From assembly GCA_964448715.1 (NCBI GenBank), contig CAYUWX010000003.1, forward strand, positions 1-33,542: a stretch of DNA of 33,542 bases, written 5' to 3'. Positions 1 through 9,645 of the stretch are shown in pieces (the stretch's first letter is position 1; the number at the start of each line of letters is the position of its first letter). The stretch is from Candidatus Woesearchaeota archaeon (GTDB taxonomy: Archaea > Nanobdellota > Nanobdellia > SCGC-AAA011-G17 > PNOQ01). The position numbers and the translations under genes are program-made. Below the pieces are notes generated by a model. That model saw only the letters and a list, made by a program, of their open reading frames with translations. It did not search any database and was not told where the DNA came from.

Positions 1-496
1 TAAATAACTTTCTTTGCTTTTTAAAGTTTATCTAAAGGATTTTTAACATTTATTAATAAAAATATTTATATACTTAATAATTAAAACTAATAATATGAAA
101 AAAGATAAATGGGTTATAAATTACTTATTAATTATGATTTTATATTAATGATTCTTTCAAAATTTATTAATTTACCTTTCACAAAAATAATTCAACCTAT
201 ATTTTTTATCCTCATAATTATCCATATAGTTCAACATTGGAAAATGATTTTTTATTCATTTAAAAGATTAAAATAAAATGATATGAATGATAAAATATGA
301 AAATAAATTTAAAACCAAAAAGTTATTTAGGTAAATGGTCAATTCACTTATTTTAGATTCAATTGCTCCCTTAGCTTCATGATATTTTAAATTACCCATG
401 GAAAAAAAGAATTATAATCAATTTATAAATGTTAATACTATTTAATTAATATAATCACCAATTACTTTTTATACATACTAACAAACCCAATTATTA

Positions 497-1126
497 ATGA
501 AAAAAACAAATAACAAAAATATTAACTATTTCTTAGATTATGTTCAACAAGACACCAAAGAAAATGGAGTTAAATTATATTTACCTAATCATACCTATTT
601 ATGGGCCGATGGAGTAAAAGTAAATGGATATTTTTCAGAAGAAGATATGGTTTTAGCAACAGCAATGAAAAAAAAGAGAAAAAGATGGTTAGAAACATTA
701 GTACATGAGTACTCTCATTTTGATCAATGGAGAGAACAATCTAATATTTGGTTAAATTCAGGATATAAGGGTGAAGATGCAGAGGATATAGTTTATCGTT
801 GGGTATTAGGGGAAGAATTTCCACAAAAATTTCTTAAAAAATGTTTTGAATTAACTAAAAAATTAGAATTAGATTGTGAAAGAAGATCTGTTAAAAAAAT
901 AAAAAAATTTAATTTACCTTTAAATCCAAAAGAGTATGCTCAACAAGCAAGTGCATATATTCATTATTACAATTATATGGAACTAAGAAGAGATAATTAT
1001 GTTCCAGGAAGAGAGCCATATTACAATAAAAAGATAGTTTCTGTAATGCCTACAAATTTAAGAGGAAAATATTCGGAAATTCCAAAAGATGCATTACCTC
1101 TCTTTGATAAATTATTATTAAAATAA
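497..1126 (+). CDS. hypothetical protein with HExxH motif (possible zinc metallopeptidase-like)
   Basis: 209-aa ORF with ATG start and TAA stop. LVHEYSHFDQW contains HExxH. A tttttata box lies about 27 nt upstream of the ATG. No family recognised. Confidence 0.45.
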   Translation: MKKTNNKNINYFLDYVQQDTKENGVKLYLPNHTYLWADGVKVNGYFSEEDMVLATAMKKKRKRWLETLVHEYSHFDQWREQSNIWLNSGYKGEDAEDIVYRWVLGEEFPQKFLKKCFELTKKLELDCERRSVKKIKKFNLPLNPKEYAQQASAYIHYYNYMELRRDNYVPGREPYYNKKIVSVMPTNLRGKYSEIPKDALPLFDKLLLK

Positions 1127-1174
1127 GGAGTTTTCTTACACAAACATTAAAAAAGAGTTTCAAATAACTTCAAT

Positions 1175-2959
1175 ATGTGCGGAATAATGGGATATATTGG
1201 TGAAAAAGAGGCATCTCCAATTCTAATTGAAGGACTTAAAAAATTAGAATACAGGGGATATGACTCTGCAGGTCTAACAGTTCTAAATAATTCTCTAACA
1301 ACTATAAAAAAAGAAGGAAAATTAAAAGAATTAGAAAAAGAAAATCTTCCAAAAGGAAATTTAGGAATTGCACATACCAGGTGGGCAACACACGGAGAAC
1401 CCAATGAAATAAATGCTCATCCCCATTTAAATAAAACTAATGAAATATCTATAGTCCATAACGGAATCATAGAAAATCATAACACATTAAAAGAATTACT
1501 AGAAAAAGAAGGATATCAGTTAAAATCCGAAACAGATTCAGAAATATTGGTACATTTAATTGAAAAATTCTATAATGGTGATTTAGAACAAGCAACAATA
1601 AAAGCCTTAGAATTAGTAGAAGGAACTTACGGTTTAGCAGTTATACATAAAAATCATAAAGAAATAATTACAGCAAGAAAAGGTTCACCATTAATTATAG
1701 GAATAGGGGAAAATGAAAATTTCATAGCTTCAGACGTCCCCGCAATACTAAATCACACAAAAAAAGTAATTTATCTAAATGACAATGAAATAGCAAAAAT
1801 TACAAAAGATAATCATGAAGTAAAACATATTAATGGAAAACATATAGATAAGGAAATTCATGAAATCAAATGGTCTTTAGATAAAATTGAAAAAAAAGGT
1901 TTCAAACATTTTATGTTAAAAGAAATTTTCGAACAACCAACTTCATTAGAGAACACAATAAGGGGAAGAATAATCGATAAAATAAAATTAACATTAAACT
2001 TCGATATTAAAAAAACAAATAAAATAATTATTTTAGCATGTGGAACAAGTTGGCATTCTGCCTTAATAGGAAAATATCTTCTAGAAGACCTAACAAATAT
2101 TCCAGTAGAGGTAGATTATGCTTCAGAATTCAGATATAGAAAACCAATAATCAATGAAAATGATTTAGTAATTGCAATTTCCCAATCTGGAGAAACAGCA
2201 GACACACTAGCAGCATTAAGAGAAGCAAAAACTAATAAAATAAATACAATAGGAATCATAAATACAGTAGGATCAACAATTTCAAGAGAAGTAGATTCAG
2301 GAATATACATTCATGCAGGTCCAGAAATAGGAGTGGCATCTACAAAAGCATTCACAGGACAAGTATTATCTTTAGCATTATTGTCCTTATACATAAGACA
2401 AGAAAAAGGATTGTCTTCAAAACAAGAATTAATAGAAGAAATAAAAATTTTACCAGATAAGATACAAGAATTCTTAAAAGATGGAAATAAAATTAAAAAA
2501 ATTGCAAAAGAATTCAAGGATTCTAAAAATTTTTTATACTTAGGGAGAGGAATCAATTTTCCTGTAGCCCTGGAAGGTGCATTAAAGCTTAAAGAAATAT
2601 CATATATTCATGCAGAGGGATATCCTGCAGCAGAAATGAAACATGGTCCAATCGCATTAATTGATGAGAATATGCCTGTTGTTTTTTTGGCAACAAAATC
2701 AGATTTATCTCCAAAAATAATAAGCAATATGCAAGAAGTTAAATCCAGAAAAGGAAAAATAATAGCAATAAAAAACGATAATGATTATGAAATAAAAAAA
2801 TTAGCAGATTATACTATAAAAGTTCCAAATACTCTAAAAGAATTATCTCCTATAATGAATGTTTTACCATTACAATTATTAGCATATCATATAGCCGATT
2901 TAAAAGGCATTGATGTAGATAAACCAAGGAATCTAGCTAAGTCTGTGACAGTTGAATAG
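1175..2959 (+). CDS. glmS: glutamine--fructose-6-phosphate aminotransferase (isomerising)
   Basis: 594 aa. N-terminal MCGIMGYIG (Cys2 Ntn glutaminase), HTRWATHG, two SIS-type regions (GTSWHS, SQSGETADT), C-terminal KSVTVE typical of GlmS. Confidence 0.97.
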   Translation: MCGIMGYIGEKEASPILIEGLKKLEYRGYDSAGLTVLNNSLTTIKKEGKLKELEKENLPKGNLGIAHTRWATHGEPNEINAHPHLNKTNEISIVHNGIIENHNTLKELLEKEGYQLKSETDSEILVHLIEKFYNGDLEQATIKALELVEGTYGLAVIHKNHKEIITARKGSPLIIGIGENENFIASDVPAILNHTKKVIYLNDNEIAKITKDNHEVKHINGKHIDKEIHEIKWSLDKIEKKGFKHFMLKEIFEQPTSLENTIRGRIIDKIKLTLNFDIKKTNKIIILACGTSWHSALIGKYLLEDLTNIPVEVDYASEFRYRKPIINENDLVIAISQSGETADTLAALREAKTNKINTIGIINTVGSTISREVDSGIYIHAGPEIGVASTKAFTGQVLSLALLSLYIRQEKGLSSKQELIEEIKILPDKIQEFLKDGNKIKKIAKEFKDSKNFLYLGRGINFPVALEGALKLKEISYIHAEGYPAAEMKHGPIALIDENMPVVFLATKSDLSPKIISNMQEVKSRKGKIIAIKNDNDYEIKKLADYTIKVPNTLKELSPIMNVLPLQLLAYHIADLKGIDVDKPRNLAKSVTVE

Positions 2960-2996
2960 TTAACTTTATAAATCTCCCATTTTAACAAAATTTATC

Positions 2997-3212
2997 ATGG
3001 TAAAGAAAATTCATACAAGGGCAAAAAGAAAAACTGGCCTAGGTACACATAAACCACATAGAGCAAGATTAAGAAATATGCCTAGAAAAGTTGGTCCTAA
3101 AACTTTCAAAACAGAAGAATCGGCAAATAAATATGCTGAAGAGAAAGGAATTAAAAAATTCGAACTTAAAAAAGTAAAAAAGAATAAAAAATTCCAAATA
3201 GTTGAATCATAA
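2997..3212 (+). CDS. small highly basic hypothetical protein (Lys/Arg-rich, possible nucleic-acid binding)
   Basis: 71-aa ORF. tttataaa box at 2965-2972, about 29 nt upstream of the ATG. The 3' end overlaps the convergent deacetylase gene by 6 nt. No family recognised. Confidence 0.5.
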   Translation: MVKKIHTRAKRKTGLGTHKPHRARLRNMPRKVGPKTFKTEESANKYAEEKGIKKFELKKVKKNKKFQIVES

Positions 3213-3851
3213 CGTTTTAAAATTATATTTTTTCTTAGATATTAAATGAGGTATTATATATTTTGAAGTAATATCTAAATCATGACATAATATTATTTCA
3301 TTATCTTTTACTTTATCTACTTCATCAAGAATTGCATCTAATGATTTTCTTCCCCTATAATACTTCCAATCTTCAGAATCAATATTCCAAAAATAAGTTT
3401 TATAGCCCAAATCTTCAAGAAATTTAGATATTTCTTTTTTATTTTCTTTAGATCCTCTATCTCCATAAGGAAATCTAAATAATTTTGGATTTTCAATTGA
3501 AACATCCTTATATACTTCATCAATAAGATTATGTGTTTTTTCAATCTCTTCCTTGACCATACCCATACTTAAGTTTGAAAATTTATAATGACTATATGTA
3601 TGATTTCCAATTAAATGTCCTTTTTCTAATGCATTTTTAGCAATTTCTTTATTTTTTTCCAAATTTCTACCTATCATAAAAAATGTTGAAGAATTATCGC
3701 CTAATGAAGAAAGAATATCTTTCATTGAGTCTCTTGGACCATCATCAATAGTTAAATAAATATCAGTTTTTGATTTAGAATAAATATTATCTGGAATAAA
3801 AGTACTTGCAACACCTATCGATAAATATTTAATAAAATTTCTTCTATCCAT
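3207..3851 (-). CDS. polysaccharide deacetylase (NodB/CE4 homology domain) with twin-arginine-type signal peptide
   Basis: TIDDGP...HLIGNHTYSH motifs of the CE4 family. N-terminus MDRRNFIKYLSIGVAS matches the RRxF(L/I)K Tat consensus. TGA stop. Start overlaps the upstream gene by 8 nt. Confidence 0.85.
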   Translation of the reverse strand: MDRRNFIKYLSIGVASTFIPDNIYSKSKTDIYLTIDDGPRDSMKDILSSLGDNSSTFFMIGRNLEKNKEIAKNALEKGHLIGNHTYSHYKFSNLSMGMVKEEIEKTHNLIDEVYKDVSIENPKLFRFPYGDRGSKENKKEISKFLEDLGYKTYFWNIDSEDWKYYRGRKSLDAILDEVDKVKDNEIILCHDLDITSKYIIPHLISKKKYNFKTL

Positions 3852-5190
3852 TTTTATTAATTATTCCTTCTGCAGCTAAAATTCCAGTTAAACCTGCACC
3901 AATAATGCCCCTACTTTTTCCAACTCCATCTCCTGCAACAAATAAATTTTCTAAATTTGTTTCTAAATTTTTAGTAGTGGGATAATCTGTATCATAAAAT
4001 TTTATTTCGGGGATATATAATAAATTTTCAGAGGCCATAAAACCTGGAAAGATATTATCCATAACTCCTAAAAATTCTCTAATATTATCTATAACTCTAG
4101 CACGATAAACATGTGTAATATCTCCAGGATAAGCACGCTTAGGAACCCTTAGAGTAGGTTTTAATCTAGAATATATTCCGTCATTAAAGGTATCAACTTT
4201 TGATCTTCCTCCACGTTTAAAATCACCTACCCTTTGAACAATTGGAATTCCTCCTCCTGCTTTTAAAGTTTCAATAGCAATACTTCTTCCAAGTTCAGTT
4301 GTATCTACACTAGGATCTGTTAAATTAACAGTACAAAGAATTGCCATGTTTGTATTATTTGTTTTACTATCCTTTAAACCATCTCCATTTACTAATGTAA
4401 TTTCTTCTAAACCATCTTCTTTTTTATTTTTTTCAGTTCTTATTCTTCCGCCCTTATTTGTACAAAAAGTTCTAACTTCATCGCCATGACAATTAGTAAT
4501 GTATCTAAATTTAGGATCATAAATTACATCAGTAATGGAATCATATATTTCATTAGGCATTTCAATTCTTAAACCCACATCAATTGGTCCAAAATCATTT
4601 TCAACCCTGAGACTATTTGCTTGATCTCTAAACCAATAAGCTCCCTTTCTACCGGGTGCAGCAATTAAATATTTTGATGTAAATTCCCCATTTGAACTTT
4701 CCATATAAAAATTAGAATTTTGAGTTTGGATATTATAAATATCAGATATATTTGTATTTAAATAGAAATCAACACCCAAATTAATTAAATGATTTCTAAA
4801 TTCCCCAATTACTCCCTTAGATTTATCTGTACCTATATGTCTTTGTCGTGCAGGAATTAATTTAACATTATATTTTTTAGCCTTTTTTTCCCAATAATTT
4901 ATTTTTTCCTTATCGGTTCCATAAACTTTTTTATCTGCCCCAAATCTAACCAACATATCGTCCACATATGAAATATATGACATAGCTTCATCTTTTGTTA
5001 ATTTTAGTTTATCTATATCCATTCCAATTTCAGTACTAAGATTTAATTTTCCATCATTAAATAATCCACCTGAACAATAAGATTCCTTTTCAATTATTGC
5101 CGTTTTATATCCTTCTTTAGATAGTTTATCTGCGGCAAATAAACCTGCGGGACCAGAACCAATAATGCACACATCATAACTATTTTCCAT
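3844..5190 (-). CDS. FAD-dependent oxidoreductase (COG2509-like uncharacterised dehydrogenase)
   Basis: N-terminal YDVCIIGSGPAGLFAA dinucleotide-binding GxGxxG. C-terminal LFVAGDGVGKSRGI FAD motif. 448 aa. Confidence 0.8.
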   Translation of the reverse strand: MENSYDVCIIGSGPAGLFAADKLSKEGYKTAIIEKESYCSGGLFNDGKLNLSTEIGMDIDKLKLTKDEAMSYISYVDDMLVRFGADKKVYGTDKEKINYWEKKAKKYNVKLIPARQRHIGTDKSKGVIGEFRNHLINLGVDFYLNTNISDIYNIQTQNSNFYMESSNGEFTSKYLIAAPGRKGAYWFRDQANSLRVENDFGPIDVGLRIEMPNEIYDSITDVIYDPKFRYITNCHGDEVRTFCTNKGGRIRTEKNKKEDGLEEITLVNGDGLKDSKTNNTNMAILCTVNLTDPSVDTTELGRSIAIETLKAGGGIPIVQRVGDFKRGGRSKVDTFNDGIYSRLKPTLRVPKRAYPGDITHVYRARVIDNIREFLGVMDNIFPGFMASENLLYIPEIKFYDTDYPTTKNLETNLENLFVAGDGVGKSRGIIGAGLTGILAAEGIINKNG

Positions 5191-5229
5191 AAAAAAAACA
5201 ATTATATTTCATTAATAAAGATTTATATT

Positions 5230-5883
5230 TTAAAATTCACCTAATTTTTTTTGTTTTTTTTCCTTTTCTAATTTTTTAAAAGTACTCCAACTTCTTCTAA
5301 ATATTTCAGGATGTTTCTCAAAATTTTTTTTAATAAAATCTTGTGTTTTTTCATCAGCAGGATAACCCGAACCAATAATTCCATATTTTTTTTCTAGTTC
5401 AACAATACTATTATCTCTAGTAACTTTTGCTAAAATTGATGCAGCACCTGCAACAGGATAATTTAAATCTGCCTTATGTTCAACAATTAATTCAATATCT
5501 TTATTTTTTAAAAAAGTTCTAATATACTCCTTGTATGATTCAACATTAGGACTTGGACAATCTAAAATTGCCTTATCGGGTTGTAATTTATTAATTATCA
5601 TGGCAGATTTTATTGCTTCAAGTTTATTTAAATTTAAATCTTGAGAAAAAAGAACATCATCAATTTCTTCAGGAGAAACGACAATTATATCATAATTTAG
5701 TACAGAATCAACAATTTTTTTATACATTGGTTCACGATTTTTTTTGCTAACTAATTTAGAATCCTTAACACCAAAAGAAATTAATTTTTCTTCATCTTCT
5801 TCTTCAATCATAACCCCTGAAATAACTAAATCTCCAATTATCGGACCACGACCCGCTTCATCAATTCCTAGAACTTTCACCAT
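5230..5883 (-). CDS. rnhB: ribonuclease HII
   Basis: VLGIDEAGRGPIIGDLV catalytic DEAGRG motif and SGYPAD motif. 217 aa. Confidence 0.93.
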   Translation of the reverse strand: MVKVLGIDEAGRGPIIGDLVISGVMIEEEDEEKLISFGVKDSKLVSKKNREPMYKKIVDSVLNYDIIVVSPEEIDDVLFSQDLNLNKLEAIKSAMIINKLQPDKAILDCPSPNVESYKEYIRTFLKNKDIELIVEHKADLNYPVAGAASILAKVTRDNSIVELEKKYGIIGSGYPADEKTQDFIKKNFEKHPEIFRRSWSTFKKLEKEKKQKKLGEF

Positions 5884-5900
5884 TTTTTAAAATTCAAAAT

Positions 5901-5974
5901 AGCGAAGGAAGGATTTGAACCTCCGACCTCAGGGTTATGAGCCCTGCGAACACTCCTAACTGTTCTACTTCGCT
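5901..5974 (-). tRNA. tRNA-Met (anticodon CAU), initiator-like
   Basis: Reverse complement AGCGAAGTAGAACAGTTAGGAGTGTTCGCAGGGCTCATAACCCTGAGGTCGGAGGTTCAAATCCTTCCTTCGCT folds as a cloverleaf. It has a 7-bp acceptor stem with A1:U72, anticodon stem CAGGG/CCCTG (three G:C pairs next to loop CTCATAA) and a GGTTCAAATCC T arm. No encoded CCA. Confidence 0.9.
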
Positions 5975-5995
5975 AATAAAAACAAACAAAACTCT

Positions 5996-6004
5996 ATTTT
6001 TAAA
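5996..6004 (-). promoter_or_regulatory. TATA-like box for tRNA-Met
   Basis: atttttaaa centred about 26 nt upstream of the tRNA 5' end (5974). Confidence 0.5.
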
Positions 6005-6047
6005 CCTTATGGTTATCTTTATAAATTCAAAATTTCAAAATTTAAAT

Positions 6048-7004
6048 ATGTTAGAATATTTATTGTTAGTAGTTAGTTTATTTTTATTAGTAAAAGGTGC
6101 AGATTATTTAGTCGAAGGATCATCGAATTTAGGAAAACTTATGAAAATAAAACCTCTAATCCTAGGTTTAACAGTTATAGCATTAGGAACATCATTACCT
6201 GAATTAGTAGTTAATATATTTTCTTCAATAAAGGGGACCACTGACATATCTTTAGGTAATATAATTGGAAGTAATATTGCAAATATTCTATTAATATTAG
6301 GAATTACTGCATTAATAATTAAAGTTAAGGTAAGAAAAAATATAGTTAAAAAGGGAATACCTTTCACTTTATTCACAATTTTATTTTTATTTTTAATATT
6401 AAATGATTCATTTTTTAATGGTGTAAGTGTTTTATCTAGAATAGATGGAATAATACTTATATTACTTTTAGGAGTTTTTTTAGCATTTTTATTTAAACAT
6501 AGTAAGGAAGACAAAGAATTAATTCCAGAAGAGTTAGAGCCAGTTAAACATTCTATGCCCATAATAATAACTATGATTCTTGGTGGGTTAATTGGATTAA
6601 CAATAGGCGGTAAATTTGTTATAGATTCTGCAATAGAAATAGCAAAACAGTTAGGAGCTTCAGAATTTTTAATTTCTGCAACAGTTTTGGCATTTGGTAC
6701 ATCTTTACCAGAATTAATAGTATGTGTAATAGCCGCAATAAAAAAAGAAGTAGATTTTGTTGTAGGGAATATAGTGGGCTCAAATATTTTTAATATATTA
6801 TTAGTTTTAGGTGCATCTTCCATAATAAATCCAATACCATTTAATACCATATTTAATTTTGATATATTATTTTTAGCTATGATAACAATTTGGTTGTTAG
6901 CATTTATGTATTTAGGTAAAAAACATCAATTAGAAAGATGGAATTCAATTTTATTTCTAGTTTTATATGTATTTTATATGACTTTTATAATTAGTAGAGG
7001 TTAA
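6048..7004 (+). CDS. Ca2+/cation antiporter (CaCA family, YrbG/NCX-like)
   Basis: Two alpha-repeat signatures, GTSLPELVVN and GTSLPELIVC, in a multi-TM protein. Start moved to the internal ATG at 6048 because the track ORF (5937) overlaps the tRNA. tttataaa at 6018-6025 lies about 26 nt upstream of 6048. Confidence 0.85.
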   Translation: MLEYLLLVVSLFLLVKGADYLVEGSSNLGKLMKIKPLILGLTVIALGTSLPELVVNIFSSIKGTTDISLGNIIGSNIANILLILGITALIIKVKVRKNIVKKGIPFTLFTILFLFLILNDSFFNGVSVLSRIDGIILILLLGVFLAFLFKHSKEDKELIPEELEPVKHSMPIIITMILGGLIGLTIGGKFVIDSAIEIAKQLGASEFLISATVLAFGTSLPELIVCVIAAIKKEVDFVVGNIVGSNIFNILLVLGASSIINPIPFNTIFNFDILFLAMITIWLLAFMYLGKKHQLERWNSILFLVLYVFYMTFIISRG

Positions 7005-8906
7005 TCATCTAATTCTAACAATCTCTAAATTTTTAGGGACTTGTGTTTCAATTCTCAAAGCTTTGTGTATAGAACTAGCTAAATCTAAACATTTTCTTCT
7101 TTCACCATGGATAACTAAAGTTTTTTTAGGCCTTGGATTTAATCTATGCATGAAATTCATTAATTGGTTTCTATCTGAATGTCCAGAAAAACCTTGAATA
7201 GAATAAATATCTAATTTAACATAAACAGGAACTTGTTTTCTTCCTTCTTGAAACATTATTTCTTTTTCTCCTTGTTGTAATCTTCTACCTAATGAACCTT
7301 CTCCTTGGTAGGATGTAAGAACTAATGAATTATTAGGATTATCTGCTAATTCTTTAAAATATTGCACAGATGCTCCACCAGTCATCATGCCAGAAGTAGC
7401 CATAATTATACATGGTCCTCCTTCTTCAGTAATTTGCTTCATTTCTTTTTGACTTCCAACTTTTTTAAAAATATCTGCCAAAAAAGGATTTTGATTTTTA
7501 TGAAAAATTTGTTGTTTTATTTTTCTATTAAAAAAATCAGGATAAGTAGTATGGATCGCAGTAATATCCCAAACCATACCTTGAATATAAATTGGAACTT
7601 TAGGAATTTTCCCAGTTTGCATAGCTTCTTCTAATATTAACATGATTTCTTGTGACCTTCCAACCCCAAGAACTGGCATAAGAACTTTACCTTTTTTCTC
7701 TAAAGTTGTTTTTATGATATTTTTTAAATAATCTTCAGATTCTTTTCTTGTAGCAACAACATCATCTTTACTACCATATGTTCCTTCGATAACTAATGTT
7801 TCCAATCTAGGAAATTTAGTAATTGCAGAAGATAGCAAATTAGAAGTTTCAAAATTAAAATCACCTGTAAACATAAGATTATGTAATCCATTAGCAATAT
7901 GTAAATGGGCCATAGCACTTCCTAGTGTATGTCCGGCATTATAGAAAGTTAATCTAACATCGGGAGTAATATCTGTAACTTCTTCATAATTTAAAGTAAT
8001 AGTATGTTTTACAACTTCTTTTACTTCAGAAGTTTCATATAATGGTTTTCTATTTTCCATTTGTCCAACATTAATAAAATCTAAAGATAACAAGGCTGCA
8101 ACATCTCTTGTAGGAGGAGTACAATAAACTGGGCCCCTATATCCATATTTATATAATAAAGGAATTAAACCAGAATGATCTACATGGGCATGTGTAAGAA
8201 TAATTGCATCTAATTGATCAATTTTTAATTCAGGTGCCTGAAGATAAGGATAGGCATATTCTTCTGGGGCAGAAACATCTACACCACAATCAATTAAAAT
8301 ATTGGATTCCTCAGTTTGTAATAAATAACAAGTTCTTCCAACTTGACTTGCTCCACCTAAAAAAGAAATTCTTATCCAGTCTGTTTTTCCATTTTTTCTT
8401 TTAGGCCCATAAATTCTTTCACCAACTTTATTTAAAAATTTTCTTCTATAATCATCATTTCGATATAAAACTTGTCTAATGTTATCAATAATTTTTGAAT
8501 TCAAAGAAGGGATTCTATGAACTAAAGGTACCCAAAATGTTTTTTTCTTAATTTCTTTTAAATTTTCACCAGATTTCCCAATAGCTAAACCAGGTTTTTC
8601 AGCTTCAATAACAACTTGACTTCTTTGGGGATCAAAAATAATATTGATTTTTCCCGCATCTTTTGGTATTAATTTTTTGATTTGCCCCTCTGCTTTTTCT
8701 AATTTCATACATAAACTAGGATCCGGCCTAAGCTCAACTCTTTTTTTAATTTCATTAACAATATCTTTAATAGTTTCATTACTATCTAGAAAAAACTCTT
8801 TATTATTTGTATAAATAACAATATTAGCTCCTTCAAAAACTATACTACTTACATCCGCATTAGCAGGAAGTAATTTTTTTATATTTTCTACTATTTCAAT
8901 TACCAT
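7005..8906 (-). CDS. fttA: aCPSF1/FttA: KH-domain + metallo-beta-lactamase beta-CASP ribonuclease (archaeal transcription termination/RNA 3'-end factor)
   Basis: 633 aa. N-terminal KH-like region (GLAIGKSGENLKEIKKK), HAHVDHSG MBL motif and beta-CASP C-terminal half. This length and architecture are typical of archaeal CPSF73 homologues. Confidence 0.92.
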   Translation of the reverse strand: MVIEIVENIKKLLPANADVSSIVFEGANIVIYTNNKEFFLDSNETIKDIVNEIKKRVELRPDPSLCMKLEKAEGQIKKLIPKDAGKINIIFDPQRSQVVIEAEKPGLAIGKSGENLKEIKKKTFWVPLVHRIPSLNSKIIDNIRQVLYRNDDYRRKFLNKVGERIYGPKRKNGKTDWIRISFLGGASQVGRTCYLLQTEESNILIDCGVDVSAPEEYAYPYLQAPELKIDQLDAIILTHAHVDHSGLIPLLYKYGYRGPVYCTPPTRDVAALLSLDFINVGQMENRKPLYETSEVKEVVKHTITLNYEEVTDITPDVRLTFYNAGHTLGSAMAHLHIANGLHNLMFTGDFNFETSNLLSSAITKFPRLETLVIEGTYGSKDDVVATRKESEDYLKNIIKTTLEKKGKVLMPVLGVGRSQEIMLILEEAMQTGKIPKVPIYIQGMVWDITAIHTTYPDFFNRKIKQQIFHKNQNPFLADIFKKVGSQKEMKQITEEGGPCIIMATSGMMTGGASVQYFKELADNPNNSLVLTSYQGEGSLGRRLQQGEKEIMFQEGRKQVPVYVKLDIYSIQGFSGHSDRNQLMNFMHRLNPRPKKTLVIHGERRKCLDLASSIHKALRIETQVPKNLEIVRIR

Positions 8907-8928
8907 TCTTTTTGTTTAAGATAAAGAA

Positions 8929-9570
8929 TTATTTTAATTCTGAAACAAGTTTCTTTTTGATAACTTTTTTTGCCCCTTCACTAGTTATGGTTACAACATC
9001 AATACCTTCACCAGTAGCCATATCTCTTTGCATTGCAGCACTAACGGCCTTCATACCAAGTTCGATTCCTTCTTTCACACTTAAATCTTTTTGAAATAAT
9101 GTTTCTAAAACACCATAAGCTAAGCTAGATCCTGATCCAGTAGATACAAATTTATCAACATCTGAAAGAGAACCATCGACACCTAATTCATATAAATAAA
9201 AACCGCGTTTATCTTTTCCACCAAGTAAAAAACTTACTATTCCTGGAATTGTTGAAAATTTTCTAATATTTTGATATAATATTCCTCCAACCATATTTGC
9301 TGCTTCCTTAACAGTTGGATTTTTTTGAGTTCTTATTTTTTTTAATCTTAATTCTGCTTTTGCTAATTTTGTAATTAACTGTGCATCAGAAACCAAACCC
9401 GCCATTGTAACTGCCATATTTGGTGTTATTTTATGAATTTTATCTACATTTTTATTTGCTATTAAATAGCCTGCACTGGCCCGTTTATCTGCAACTAATA
9501 CTATACCATCTTTACAGTTTATACCTACTGTTGTAGTTCCTTTTTGAACTTTTTCACTTATTTGTTCCAT
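8929..9570 (-). CDS. psmB: proteasome subunit beta
   Basis: Short propeptide MEQISEKVQKG followed by TTTVGINCKDGIVLVADKRAS (Thr1, Asp17, Lys33 context) and a GSGS motif. GAGG Shine-Dalgarno-like sequence about 10 nt upstream. Confidence 0.93.
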   Translation of the reverse strand: MEQISEKVQKGTTTVGINCKDGIVLVADKRASAGYLIANKNVDKIHKITPNMAVTMAGLVSDAQLITKLAKAELRLKKIRTQKNPTVKEAANMVGGILYQNIRKFSTIPGIVSFLLGGKDKRGFYLYELGVDGSLSDVDKFVSTGSGSSLAYGVLETLFQKDLSVKEGIELGMKAVSAAMQRDMATGEGIDVVTITSEGAKKVIKKKLVSELK

Positions 9571-9645
9571 ATTTTATTTAACCTCTTTAGAATGAGTTAG
9601 TTTTAATACTAATTTTTTATTTATAAATTTTTTGGTAATTTAATA

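Noticed and set aside
95-399. Small ORFs in the left-edge spacer: 95-148 and 148-276 on the plus strand (hydrophobic, H..HW tail) and 268-399 on the minus strand (43 aa)
   Set aside because: They are all under 45 codons, sit in different frames and show no recognisable family or clear promoter. They could be a frameshifted small membrane-protein gene, but the support is insufficient.
5937-6047. N-terminal 37 codons of the track ORF 5937-7004
   Set aside because: This stretch overlaps tRNA-Met on the opposite strand and lies upstream of the TATA-like box at 6018-6025. The membrane protein begins sensibly at the ATG at 6048.
6104-6850. Long antisense ORFs in the track: 6104-6850, 1147-1404, 2116-2556, 3338-3544, 7362-7634, 8204-8404, 8912-9094, 11081-11657 (several), 12471-12749, 14021-14251, 15271-15465, 15966-16518, 16542-16724, 23162-23383, 25276-25488 and 30507-30698
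   Set aside because: All lie inside, and opposite or out of frame to, genes with strong family signatures. They have low-complexity, hydrophobic or Ser/Ile/Phe-rich translations typical of shadow ORFs in AT-rich DNA, and they lack their own promoters.
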